This document shows, piece after piece, positions 55,337 to 64,000 of a DNA stretch of 64,000 nt. Numbering within the stretch: position 1 is the first letter of the stretch; the number at the start of each line of letters is the position of its first letter. Source of the DNA: an uncultured virus (IMG/VR IMGVR_UViG_3300021400_004107) (lineage: Duplodnaviria > Heunggongvirae > Uroviricota > Caudoviricetes); IMG/VR virus record IMGVR_UViG_3300021400_004107. One strand, written 5' to 3'. Under the pieces are notes generated by a model that saw nothing but the letters and a program-made list of their open reading frames with translations, searched no databases and was not told where the DNA came from. The translations under genes were made by a program, and so were the position numbers.

Positions 55337-57712
55337 ATGAAGGTTATCGTTGCGGAAAAGCCGTCCGTTGCCAGAGGTATTGCAGAGGTCGTTGGGGCTC
55401 ATAGCCGGGAAGACGGATATATCGAAGGCGCCGGTTATATCGTTACCTGGGCACGTGGGCATTTGGTAGAGCTCTGGCCCGATCTCAAGGACTATGACCC
55501 TGCGTATGAGAAGTGGGACATCAACATGTTGCCCATCATACCGGATCCGTTCAGGTACCGCGTAGGTACGGGTGATGGAGTCAGGCAGCAGTTCAATATC
55601 ATTAAGAAGCTTATCAATGACCCTGACTGTACTGAGGTCGTTTGCGCTACTGACGCGGGTCGCGAAGGTGAGCTTATATTCCGTTTGATCTATAATGAGG
55701 CACACTGCACAAAGCCTGTTACGAGGCTCTGGGTATCCTCACTCGAAGAGTCGTCTATCCGCGAGGGTATGGCCAATTTACGCCCTGACTCGGACTATGA
55801 TGACCTTTACGATGCAGCTTGCGCCAGACAGCAGCAGGACTTCCTGCTCGGTACCAACATGTCGCGTTTTTATACCTGCAAGTATCACACCAAAGTCATT
55901 GTCGGGCGTGTCATGACAGCCGTCCATAATTTCGTCGTCAAGCGTGACCTGGAGATAGAGAACTTCGTTCCGGTACCGTATTACATCATCTCGACAGATC
56001 TCGGCGGGTTTATTGCTTCTCACAGAGAGGATGACAAAGATAGTGCCTCCGAGTGTATGGACATGTGCCAAGGCAAGTCGGCAACAGTTACGTCTGTTGA
56101 GACTAAGGATGTCGTTACTAAGCCGGATCCGCTCTACGATCTGACTACTTTGCAGCGCGACTGTAACAAGACTTTCGGATACTCTGCTCAGGAGACTCTG
56201 TCTATCGCCCAGTCACTGTATGAAGCACGTCTTGCCACTTACCCGAGAACGTCCAGCAAGTACATCACGGCTGCGCAGGAAGGCACCGTGTTATCTCTTA
56301 TTGAGCATCTCAAGACTTCCGGCATGGCGCGCGGTCTTCCTGAATTTGAGCCTTCGCTTCGCCGAATCGTTGACGACTCCAAGGTCACGGACCATCACGG
56401 CATATTACCGACTAATGAGGTCACGACATCGTCATTCGCATCTCTCACTGACGAGCAGAAGAATGTCCTGACTCTTGTCATCTGGCGACTTCTGGCAGCT
56501 GTTGCACCGGACTCGGTACACAAGTCTACGAAGGCTCTCTTCGACATTTCGGGCTACGAGTTCAAGGCTGAAGGTAAGGAGATCGTTAACTCAGGCTTTA
56601 AGGCTGTTATCCTGGCCAAGTACCGTGCTCTCGGTAAGACGGCTGTTGAATCGGAGAACATTTTACCCCCGCTCACCGAGGGCCAGACTCTCAGGACTGA
56701 CAACTGGCTTAACGAGGAGAAGCAGACGACACCGCCGCCACATTACACGGACAACACTCTTCTCGGTGCGATGGAGACATGCGGTAAGGACATTGAAGAC
56801 GAGGCGCTCAAGGAGGCTCTTAAGGGCAAGGGTGTCGGTACCCCGGCTACCCGTGCAGAAGTCATAGAAAAGCTGATCCGATACAAGTACATCGAGCGCC
56901 AGGGCACTAAACTTATCTCGACTCAGTTAGGTCGTGACGTCATTGATGTCATAGATCCCGAGTTTGCGCAGCCCGATCTCACAGCTAAGTGGGAGTCGCA
57001 GTTGACGGACATTGCCGAGGGCAGGCTCCCGGCTATGCTCTTCGCATCGGATGTCACGGATTTCCTTCACGAGTTCATCAACACACACAGAGACGAGGCG
57101 CCTGTTAAGGCCATTGCTCAGGGTAGCGGCGACAGAGAAGTGCTGGGCAAGTGCCCCAAGTGCGGCAGTCCGGTCTGCGAGAATAAAGCCGGGTACGGTT
57201 GTACTGCAGGTAGAGATGCTTGTGATTTCATCATCTGGAAGTCGATGGGCAACAGGGAGCACCCCAAGACCATTACGCCTGCTCAGGTCAAGAAGGTCTT
57301 GGATAAAGGCAGGTCAGATCTGATCAAGGGCTTCGTCGGCAGCAGCGGCAAGTCCTTCGACGCGTACCTTGTTTTGAACGAGGACAAGAACGGTGTCAAG
57401 TTCGATTTCGGGGACTCGTCTTCGGGCGAGAAGGCTCTCGTCGGTAAGTGCCCGTTGTGTGGCAAAGAAGTGTTCAGTGGGCCGAGAGGTTGGTCGTGCT
57501 CGGACAGCGCTTGCAGGTTCGTTATCTGGAGGACGGTTGGCAGCAAGGAGCACCCCAAGACTTTGACTGAGGCTCAGGTGAAGAAGCTCCTCTCCGTCAA
57601 AAAGACAGATCTGATCAAGGGCTTTGTCGGTAAGAGCGGCAAGTCGTTCGACGCCTATCTCGTGCTCCAACCAGACGGTAAAGTCGGCTTCGAGTTCCCG
57701 CCTCGCAAGTGA
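55337..57712 (+). CDS. topB: DNA topoisomerase III (type IA) with C-terminal zinc-ribbon repeats
   Basis: AEKPSVA, TWA.GHL, ATDAGREGE, GRV.T, TYPRT, GTPATRA. Confidence 0.95.
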   Translation: MKVIVAEKPSVARGIAEVVGAHSREDGYIEGAGYIVTWARGHLVELWPDLKDYDPAYEKWDINMLPIIPDPFRYRVGTGDGVRQQFNIIKKLINDPDCTEVVCATDAGREGELIFRLIYNEAHCTKPVTRLWVSSLEESSIREGMANLRPDSDYDDLYDAACARQQQDFLLGTNMSRFYTCKYHTKVIVGRVMTAVHNFVVKRDLEIENFVPVPYYIISTDLGGFIASHREDDKDSASECMDMCQGKSATVTSVETKDVVTKPDPLYDLTTLQRDCNKTFGYSAQETLSIAQSLYEARLATYPRTSSKYITAAQEGTVLSLIEHLKTSGMARGLPEFEPSLRRIVDDSKVTDHHGILPTNEVTTSSFASLTDEQKNVLTLVIWRLLAAVAPDSVHKSTKALFDISGYEFKAEGKEIVNSGFKAVILAKYRALGKTAVESENILPPLTEGQTLRTDNWLNEEKQTTPPPHYTDNTLLGAMETCGKDIEDEALKEALKGKGVGTPATRAEVIEKLIRYKYIERQGTKLISTQLGRDVIDVIDPEFAQPDLTAKWESQLTDIAEGRLPAMLFASDVTDFLHEFINTHRDEAPVKAIAQGSGDREVLGKCPKCGSPVCENKAGYGCTAGRDACDFIIWKSMGNREHPKTITPAQVKKVLDKGRSDLIKGFVGSSGKSFDAYLVLNEDKNGVKFDFGDSSSGEKALVGKCPLCGKEVFSGPRGWSCSDSACRFVIWRTVGSKEHPKTLTEAQVKKLLSVKKTDLIKGFVGKSGKSFDAYLVLQPDGKVGFEFPPRK

Positions 57713-57731
57713 TGAGGAGGAACTGCCCGCC

Positions 57732-57935
57732 ATGACTCTTGCTCGGTTTCTTGACTCAACAGACGTCGACAAAGTCTTTCTCTTCACCGGTTGGAAAGAT
57801 TCGGACAATATCCTCTACGACGGCGACTACGACGGGCTTGTCACAGTGATGACAGGCAAAGCCTGGGCTGACGCAGAGATAATGCGCTGGGCATTAACAG
57901 GACGCGTGGCCATGATCGAGATCAAAGTGTCTTGA
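57732..57935 (+). CDS. Small hypothetical protein
   Basis: GAGGAGG RBS before ATG. Confidence 0.5.
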   Translation: MTLARFLDSTDVDKVFLFTGWKDSDNILYDGDYDGLVTVMTGKAWADAEIMRWALTGRVAMIEIKVS

Positions 57936-57995
57936 GATGTTAGGGCCGTGGGCCGTGTATAGCGCAGAGGATCAAGGCAGGCGAGAGGATGGTTG

Positions 57996-58084
57996 GTGTG
58001 CGGCGGCGCTGTGTGGCGCGTTCGCGGTGGATGTCAGACTCGGTTTGATCTATCTGCGATAGAGACTCTTTAACCAGCATACTG
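57996..58084. repeat. 89-bp structured intergenic element, copy 2
   Basis: 87/89 identical to 2320-2408. Confidence 0.85.
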
Positions 58085-58440
58085 AATGGGTAGTGGCTTG
58101 TGCAAATAAGAGAGGAGCTCCGGTCGGGTTATTCAGGGGCTCCTCTTTTCGTAATGTATGGGCATTTTGCTGTCAGGATTATTGTAACATATTGTGCAGA
58201 TTATAAGGTCGTGTATTTATCTGCGAAAGTTTTCATAGTTTGTCATCTCATTTACATTCGCCTTCAAGGGGATCCAGTATGTCGCATGTATGATTGTGCA
58301 GGTGTGAACAGCCATAACACCAGAAATGGTTAGCGACGTACTGTTTCTGCATCAGGTGTTTAAGACGATTCTTGATGCGCTTGATCGTCCACTTGGGTTT
58401 CTTATGTTTCATATTGATTGGATCCATGTTCAATATCCTC

Positions 58441-58845
58441 CTATTCGTTCTTGTACACAGAGTATTCATCATACTCACCGAGATAGTAGGTCCAGCACTC
58501 ATGACCGAAAGCTTCGGTGCGGACTAACACGGTATCTTCATAGCCGCTTAAATTCATATAGTTCAGATCTTTTCTGTCTTTGATAATGGCATTGTAATCT
58601 TCCGCCATTTGTTCTATATCGTATCTATCCTGGGTGAAGTAGGTGGAAGTCGGCGCAAAGCCGCCTATCAACATAGCGATGAATCCGATCACTATAAAGC
58701 AGAACGGGAGTGGCAAATGCTTAGGCTCTATACCATAATCGTCTCTGGATATCCATAGCCAACAAACTATACCTACTATGATGATGATCAGTCCACCTAT
58801 CAATAATCCGGTCGGTAAATCGTAAACCCAATTTGCTTCTGTCAT
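58441..58845 (-). CDS. Membrane protein
   Basis: Two TM segments. Confidence 0.6.
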   Translation of the reverse strand: MTEANWVYDLPTGLLIGGLIIIIVGIVCWLWISRDDYGIEPKHLPLPFCFIVIGFIAMLIGGFAPTSTYFTQDRYDIEQMAEDYNAIIKDRKDLNYMNLSGYEDTVLVRTEAFGHECWTYYLGEYDEYSVYKNE

Positions 58846-58860
58846 AATAAGATTTTCCTT

Positions 58861-60162
58861 TCACGCGTCTGTTTGCTTTGTTAACGTGTACTGGACTTGT
58901 ATCGTTCTCGTGTTCGCAGGAACTTCATACTCAAGATCCACTTTGCCTTCGCGGTTTTCGAGTCGGACGGTTACTTCTTTTGTAGCTACTACTTCATTTG
59001 TCTCGGTGTCTATTGCTACTATGGTAATGACATAGGTTCCCGGGTTCAGATTTGAATATTGACAACTGTCATAGCAGGTAATGAATTCCTGGTCGGGATC
59101 TGCGTTAACGACGACCATGCTCTCCGGTCCGATAAAGGCGTTGTCGAAATGCCACATGGCACTTGTGTCGCCTTCGTATTTGACCCATGTACCGGACGAA
59201 GCTTCTATATACCATCTTTGTTCGCTGTCATCATATTCCATCCAGCCGTAGTCACCGTACTGTCCTGATATGGGCTCATACCAGTATTGCCACTGAGCGG
59301 GGGATATGTCGGTGTTATACCAGAAGTACATATTAGATTCTTCGTCATAGTAATTTTCACCGTCAAAGCTGCATTCGCGGCCTATCGGTTCAACGTAGAT
59401 CGTGTTCAGACTTCCTGAGACGACTCTCGTGGCAGTTGCCTCTACCGGTCGATTCTCCAAATAATCTACTAAGGTGACGCCTCCTACAATAAAACCTGCT
59501 ATCAATATCACTACGATAATGGCCCCGAATACTGTCGGCAGGATATCAAGCACCTTTGCCTTGAAATCTTTCCAGCGGGCTTCCGGAGTCAGTTTTTCCG
59601 TCTCTTTTACATACTCTCCGTCTGCTTCGTCGGGGACTATAAATCTGTGATCGCAGAACGGGCATGTAACAGCGTTATCCGGCGATTCCCAGGTGTGGAA
59701 ATGTTGAGCTCGGCATTGAGGACATGTTACTATGTTCCGGATGCCGGGCATGACCATATTCTCGCAGCATCTGCCTGTATCTTCGTCGTAATATCCCGCT
59801 TTATTCTCGTGACCATATTTGTCCGTGAAGGAGCGAGGGTGATAAGTATAGTGTTTCTTTCTACGCTCCTCTTCATTACGGAAGAGATAGTGCAGAAGTA
59901 AGATGTTGAATATGATATTGGAGTCTCCTGCGTGTATCTCTCTCGGTGTCGGCGGCTTAGGCTCGTATCTTTCCGTACGCTCGTAACTGCGAGGAGATGG
60001 TGATGACTCTGATCGGGATAAGTGGCTGCTCGAACTCGAGCTCCAGCTTGAGGAATGTGAAGAATAGGAATGCAAACTCGGTGAGGAATGGAATGAGGAG
60101 CTCCCAAATGAAGATCCGCCGCTAAATGATGAATGCGACGAAGATGAATGTGAACTTGGCAT
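58861..60162 (-). CDS. Membrane protein with Ser/His-rich N-terminus and zinc ribbon
   Basis: Low-complexity start, CPQC..CPFC, TM; AGGAG RBS. Confidence 0.7.
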   Translation of the reverse strand: MPSSHSSSSHSSFSGGSSFGSSSFHSSPSLHSYSSHSSSWSSSSSSHLSRSESSPSPRSYERTERYEPKPPTPREIHAGDSNIIFNILLLHYLFRNEEERRKKHYTYHPRSFTDKYGHENKAGYYDEDTGRCCENMVMPGIRNIVTCPQCRAQHFHTWESPDNAVTCPFCDHRFIVPDEADGEYVKETEKLTPEARWKDFKAKVLDILPTVFGAIIVVILIAGFIVGGVTLVDYLENRPVEATATRVVSGSLNTIYVEPIGRECSFDGENYYDEESNMYFWYNTDISPAQWQYWYEPISGQYGDYGWMEYDDSEQRWYIEASSGTWVKYEGDTSAMWHFDNAFIGPESMVVVNADPDQEFITCYDSCQYSNLNPGTYVITIVAIDTETNEVVATKEVTVRLENREGKVDLEYEVPANTRTIQVQYTLTKQTDA

Positions 60163-60180
60163 GATATTATCGCTCCTTTC

Positions 60181-60531
60181 TTACGAATATTTTCTTATGA
60201 AGTCCTCTATCGGACTTTCAAGATCCGCCTCTATTGCGAAGAAGTTATCCATTTCCTGCCTGCCTATAAACGGAAACACGGTTCGGGCCGGATCAGACAT
60301 GCTTATGATCAATGCCTCAGATAACTCTTGACGGACTGTTGCAAGTGCTTCAGGCGTCGTTATACCTTTGAGTTCCTGATTGTTGTATCGGGATACGAGA
60401 CGCTTGCACAAAGCCACATATATCAATCTGTTCTTGCACACCCTTCTTCCGACTAAGATAGCTGTAAAGCAGAAAATGAGTGCGATTAGAATCATAAGCC
60501 AGGCGATGTTGGATATAGTGATGTTTTCCAT
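60181..60531 (-). CDS. Membrane hypothetical protein
   Basis: N-terminal TM. Confidence 0.5.
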   Translation of the reverse strand: MENITISNIAWLMILIALIFCFTAILVGRRVCKNRLIYVALCKRLVSRYNNQELKGITTPEALATVRQELSEALIISMSDPARTVFPFIGRQEMDNFFAIEADLESPIEDFIRKYS

Positions 60532-60735
60532 GTTGTCATTCCTTTCGAAAACGCCCCATAAATGCCTTGAACGCATTATCTCCTTGTGGGGTACGCCTTG
60601 ATGCAAGATAAGTATCTATATAGGCAAGATCTTCTTCGGTTAACGGTCGGCCTAATCTTTTCTCGATGATCTTTCCCGCTTGACGGAGGATCTCTGTATG
60701 GGGTTTAGGTGATATGGGTTCGAAGTCGTTCGTTT

Positions 60736-61494
60736 TCATGTTTCTTCCCAGGTCTTGTATTCCTGTCTCTGGTTGCTCCAAGTCTCGCCGCGTTCTTCGC
60801 ACTGGTTGTACTCGAGAGCTTCAAGTGCCTCTCTGACTTTCTGTTCGTCTTCGGTGCTATAGTTTGATGTGTACTGCCCGAAGATGGCCGTATCGAGCAG
60901 GGGACGAGCAGCAAGCCCCAGTGTCTTGATCGCTATAGCAATTACGACCTCGTCGTAGTCGTGGCGCTTCTTGATGAGCTTGTTGTGAGTTTTGTCCAGA
61001 AATGCTATCGTGAGCATCTGGTCTGTGGACTTCGATGAATCATAGTCCACATGCCCCATGCCCGGGTTCGGCTCAGGTGTATACCTGTCGGTCGGGTCCT
61101 TGTCAAGCTGAAACTTTATTCTCTTGATTATCGAATAGACCTCGCTCCTGTGAGTAAGATAGTAGGCTACGCCACAGTCGTAGAGTGTCAGGTTCTTTCT
61201 GCCGATATAAGGTCGGTAATCGGGGCGGGGAGCGTACAGGTCCATATCGCGTAAAAATTTATCAATGTCTGTTTGCTTGACTATGAAATCCTTAGCCTCT
61301 GATATTCCGGCGGGGAGGCTGTTTCGGTTTGAAATGCCATTGGTTCGTCTGGTCATATCGGACAGCTTGAGCCACTGTTCGTATCTTTCTACCAAAGGAA
61401 GGTCACATCGGTCTTCTAACGAAAGTAGCCACATTCTGATTAAATTGCGGTAATTGTAATGAAAAAACGGATCTCCTACATGATTGTCAGCCAT
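60736..61494 (-). CDS. Hypothetical protein
   Basis: 252-aa operon ORF. Confidence 0.6.
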   Translation of the reverse strand: MADNHVGDPFFHYNYRNLIRMWLLSLEDRCDLPLVERYEQWLKLSDMTRRTNGISNRNSLPAGISEAKDFIVKQTDIDKFLRDMDLYAPRPDYRPYIGRKNLTLYDCGVAYYLTHRSEVYSIIKRIKFQLDKDPTDRYTPEPNPGMGHVDYDSSKSTDQMLTIAFLDKTHNKLIKKRHDYDEVVIAIAIKTLGLAARPLLDTAIFGQYTSNYSTEDEQKVREALEALEYNQCEERGETWSNQRQEYKTWEET

Positions 61495-61844
61495 TATGCT
61501 ACTACCATCCCTTCGTAAAGTTCGCCTGTCTGCTCGAGGTATTCACCTATTCTGGTAAGCGCGTTAGTGTAAGACCTCATGTACCTGTTCTGGCCCTTAA
61601 AGATCGCAGACATTTTTGCCCTTGTCTCGTCTGTCAGAGGACTCCAACCCTGGCCCTTAATGAGATTGATGACCTCGATTTGGGTCGGTTGGATCCTGGC
61701 TATGGGGTAAAGAGCCGTAAGCTTCTGCCTGATCGCTCTGGCTTCGGGCGTCATGACGTCTTCCATCTCGTCAGGAAATCTGATGATCGTATCGAGGATT
61801 TTAATTGCCGGGTCGTCTGTCTGAATCTTTCTGCTGCGGTTCAT
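61494..61844 (-). CDS. Hypothetical protein
   Basis: Overlaps the SNF2 gene stop. Confidence 0.55.
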   Translation of the reverse strand: MNRSRKIQTDDPAIKILDTIIRFPDEMEDVMTPEARAIRQKLTALYPIARIQPTQIEVINLIKGQGWSPLTDETRAKMSAIFKGQNRYMRSYTNALTRIGEYLEQTGELYEGMVVA

Positions 61845-63253
61845 GCTGTCTCTCTTTCTGCAAGATACGCTTGCTTTTCTTCTTCTACTATTGCCTTCGT
61901 AAGTTCTATCAACTGATTGTTGTTAGCCATCTTGAAATTGACTACCTCTATGAGCCTGTCGTCTATGGTTCCCTCGACCAGGATCGAATGCATAATGGTT
62001 CTGCGTTCCTGACCGAGTCTGTATATTCTCTTGACGGTCTGCTTGAACTCGTCATATGACCAGGGCAGGGAGTACCAAACGAGTCTTCTGCAGTGGTTCT
62101 GAAGGTTGAGTCCGTACATGTCCGACTTGGGCTGCAAGAGCGCCACTCGGCCGTAAACCGTATCGGACTCCGCCTTGAACTTTTCGATGTTGGCAGCCGA
62201 ATCCAGTCTGATCGATTCTAAGCCCATACGCTTCAATAGTTCCTCGATGCGTCTGAGGTCCTCTTGGTAGTTATAAGCGACTACGACATCTTCGCTATTG
62301 CCGTCCATTCCGGCTGTTACTTCCAGTATCGACTGAAGGGCATCGAGCTTCTTATCGTGAATGTACTGGATATTACCCTTCGTGTCGTAGATGAAGCCGT
62401 TCGTAAGCTGCGAGAGCTTGTTGGTCAAGATACCGGAGTTCTTTGCCTTGATGATCGAGTCGCCGAGCTCCAGACAATACTCACGCTTGAGCTTCTTGTA
62501 GAGCTTCATCGTGTCCTCGTCCAGCTGTATGGTCTTTCTTACTGACTGGAATGGCGGCAGCTTGATATGCTCTTCGGAACGCATTGAGATCGTGATATCT
62601 TCTATCCTGTCAAAGACCCGGTCTATAGCGTTAGGCTGCGGTCTGTACAGATAACGCTTCGGATCGTAGAGCTGCATATACTTCTCCCTGAAGGCGGTCA
62701 CTGTGCGTTCCAGCCTGATTCCGCCGTCAAGGATCTTGTACTGCGCGAACAGGTCTTCTACGTCTCTCGGCATCGGTGTGCCTGTGAGAATGACCTTGCG
62801 CGGGTGGGTAAGGCCAAAAAGCGCCTTGGTTCTTGCTGCGCTGTAATTCTTAAAAGACGTAGATTCATCCATGACGATCATGTCGTAAGAGTTGAGATCC
62901 ACTATGCCTGACTGCTTTAAGTAGTCGACATGGTCCCTGGATATAATATGAATGTTAGCAGGAGCCTTCATCTTCTGAGGGACGTAGTCCTTTCTGGTCT
63001 GGCTCTTCTTGTCGGGTTCGACTGCAATCGCCGAGATGCTCTTTAAGTGATCCCACTTATTTATTTCCTGGATCCATTCATTAACGACAAGTCTCGGTGC
63101 TATGACCAATACATTCTTAAGACCCATGTCCTTAATCGAAGTGAGAGTGATTGCTGTCTTACCGAGGCCGCAATCTAAAAGCAAAGCCGCATTAGGGTGC
63201 GTCTTAACGAATTCAATAGCAGTCTTCTGGTAAGGAAGGGGGTAAAATATCAT
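61841..63253 (-). CDS. Phage-type SNF2/DEAD-box helicase
   Basis: P.PYQ..A, LDCGLGKT, DESTSFKN, LTGTP, GLNLQ, RIYRLGQ. Confidence 0.9.
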   Translation of the reverse strand: MIFYPLPYQKTAIEFVKTHPNAALLLDCGLGKTAITLTSIKDMGLKNVLVIAPRLVVNEWIQEINKWDHLKSISAIAVEPDKKSQTRKDYVPQKMKAPANIHIISRDHVDYLKQSGIVDLNSYDMIVMDESTSFKNYSAARTKALFGLTHPRKVILTGTPMPRDVEDLFAQYKILDGGIRLERTVTAFREKYMQLYDPKRYLYRPQPNAIDRVFDRIEDITISMRSEEHIKLPPFQSVRKTIQLDEDTMKLYKKLKREYCLELGDSIIKAKNSGILTNKLSQLTNGFIYDTKGNIQYIHDKKLDALQSILEVTAGMDGNSEDVVVAYNYQEDLRRIEELLKRMGLESIRLDSAANIEKFKAESDTVYGRVALLQPKSDMYGLNLQNHCRRLVWYSLPWSYDEFKQTVKRIYRLGQERRTIMHSILVEGTIDDRLIEVVNFKMANNNQLIELTKAIVEEEKQAYLAERETA

Positions 63254-63468
63254 TAGGTTTTATTCTTCTTTCTGCGGAGGTGTATATACTTTCGATTTCT
63301 ATATTGAGTATAGCAACATCTTTCCATAAATGCAAGTGATAAATGTCACTTAAGTCAACAAGAACCCTTGGAGACAAAGTTTTTACACCGTGCTATAATT
63401 ACACTAACACAATTGGTGCAAGAAACGTATATGGGTTTCTTGCCCTCTTTCATTTTTGGAGGTTATAC

Positions 63469-64000
63469 ATGGCTGTATACGCTATTACATGTGAGTCTAG
63501 TGGCCCGTTTCCCGCTCCGGGGATGAACAATGAGGCTACCATGCTCACTTCTATAAGGATCGTTACCTGTCCTCAAAACAAGCCGATCGCTGCAGGGTTC
63601 TTTACCCGCTCCGATGGACAAACGGTCGTGTCCAGATATAACGCGATCACTGACGAGATGTGCAAGGGCCGTCCTTCTTTTGAGTCGGCGGTACCTAAGC
63701 TTAAGGGCTTTATAGGCAATCCCGATAACATCTTCCTTTGCTTTGGCAACGGGTACTACGAACAGCTCCTGCTCAGATACGGAATCAAGGGCAAGTTCGT
63801 CGATCTGCTTCCTGCCGCGCGTGATCTTATGGCGCGTTCTGCCAACATCAACAACCCGAGTGGATCAGGTGGGGCCAAGATTCCGAAGATAGCAGAGCTT
63901 GCAGAATGGCTCGGGTTTGATAACCCGGTCATGCCGGAAGATAAGGCCAAACTTATCTGTGAGACAGCACTCTGGATAAAGGCTGAGCAGAATAATACTG
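63469..64000 (+). CDS. DnaQ/DEDD exonuclease-like protein with degenerate active site (runs off the window)
   Basis: GGAGGT RBS; AITCESSG, NAITDEMCKGRPSF..V...L..FIG pattern. Confidence 0.55.
   Translation, partial: MAVYAITCESSGPFPAPGMNNEATMLTSIRIVTCPQNKPIAAGFFTRSDGQTVVSRYNAITDEMCKGRPSFESAVPKLKGFIGNPDNIFLCFGNGYYEQLLLRYGIKGKFVDLLPAARDLMARSANINNPSGSGGAKIPKIAELAEWLGFDNPVMPEDKAKLICETALWIKAEQNNT

Overview
The whole window looks like one large mobile element of a Bacillota (probably Clostridia) host; the host assignment is an inference from gene content and sigmaA-type promoters. It combines (i) a Gram-positive conjugation module (MOBP-type relaxase, VirD4, pilin, VirB6-like, PrgI, VirB4, lysozyme-NlpC/P60 hydrolase; 3.7-17.3 kb), (ii) its own RpoD-like sigma factor, Tdk, RecD2 and TopB, (iii) a TA/defence region (RelA/SpoT-domain protein, HipA-like kinase + HTH, EcoRI-family MTase + DUF262-HNH), (iv) a tyrosine integrase beside an attP-like site holding the 3' half of tRNA-Arg(ACG), (v) a phage-type replication module (PolA, VapE, VRR-NUC, DUF2800, SNF2) with no virion genes in view, and (vi) a minus-strand array of 32 tRNAs covering all 20 amino acids, interspersed with tRNA-mimic RNAs. 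Two systems stand out. First, a TnpB with an intact RuvC triad and no tnpA or cas genes is followed by a retained omegaRNA-like scaffold that runs directly into a CRISPR array of 36-nt repeats and ~30-nt spacers, resembling a TnpB-to-Cas12 intermediate; one spacer matches the element's own tRNA-array promoter region in two pieces. Second, a 47-codon leader peptide containing all 20 amino acids, with mutually exclusive terminator/antiterminator hairpins and a boxA-like site, precedes the tRNA array and looks like a pan-tRNA attenuator. All protein calls come from motif recognition by eye; no database searches were run.
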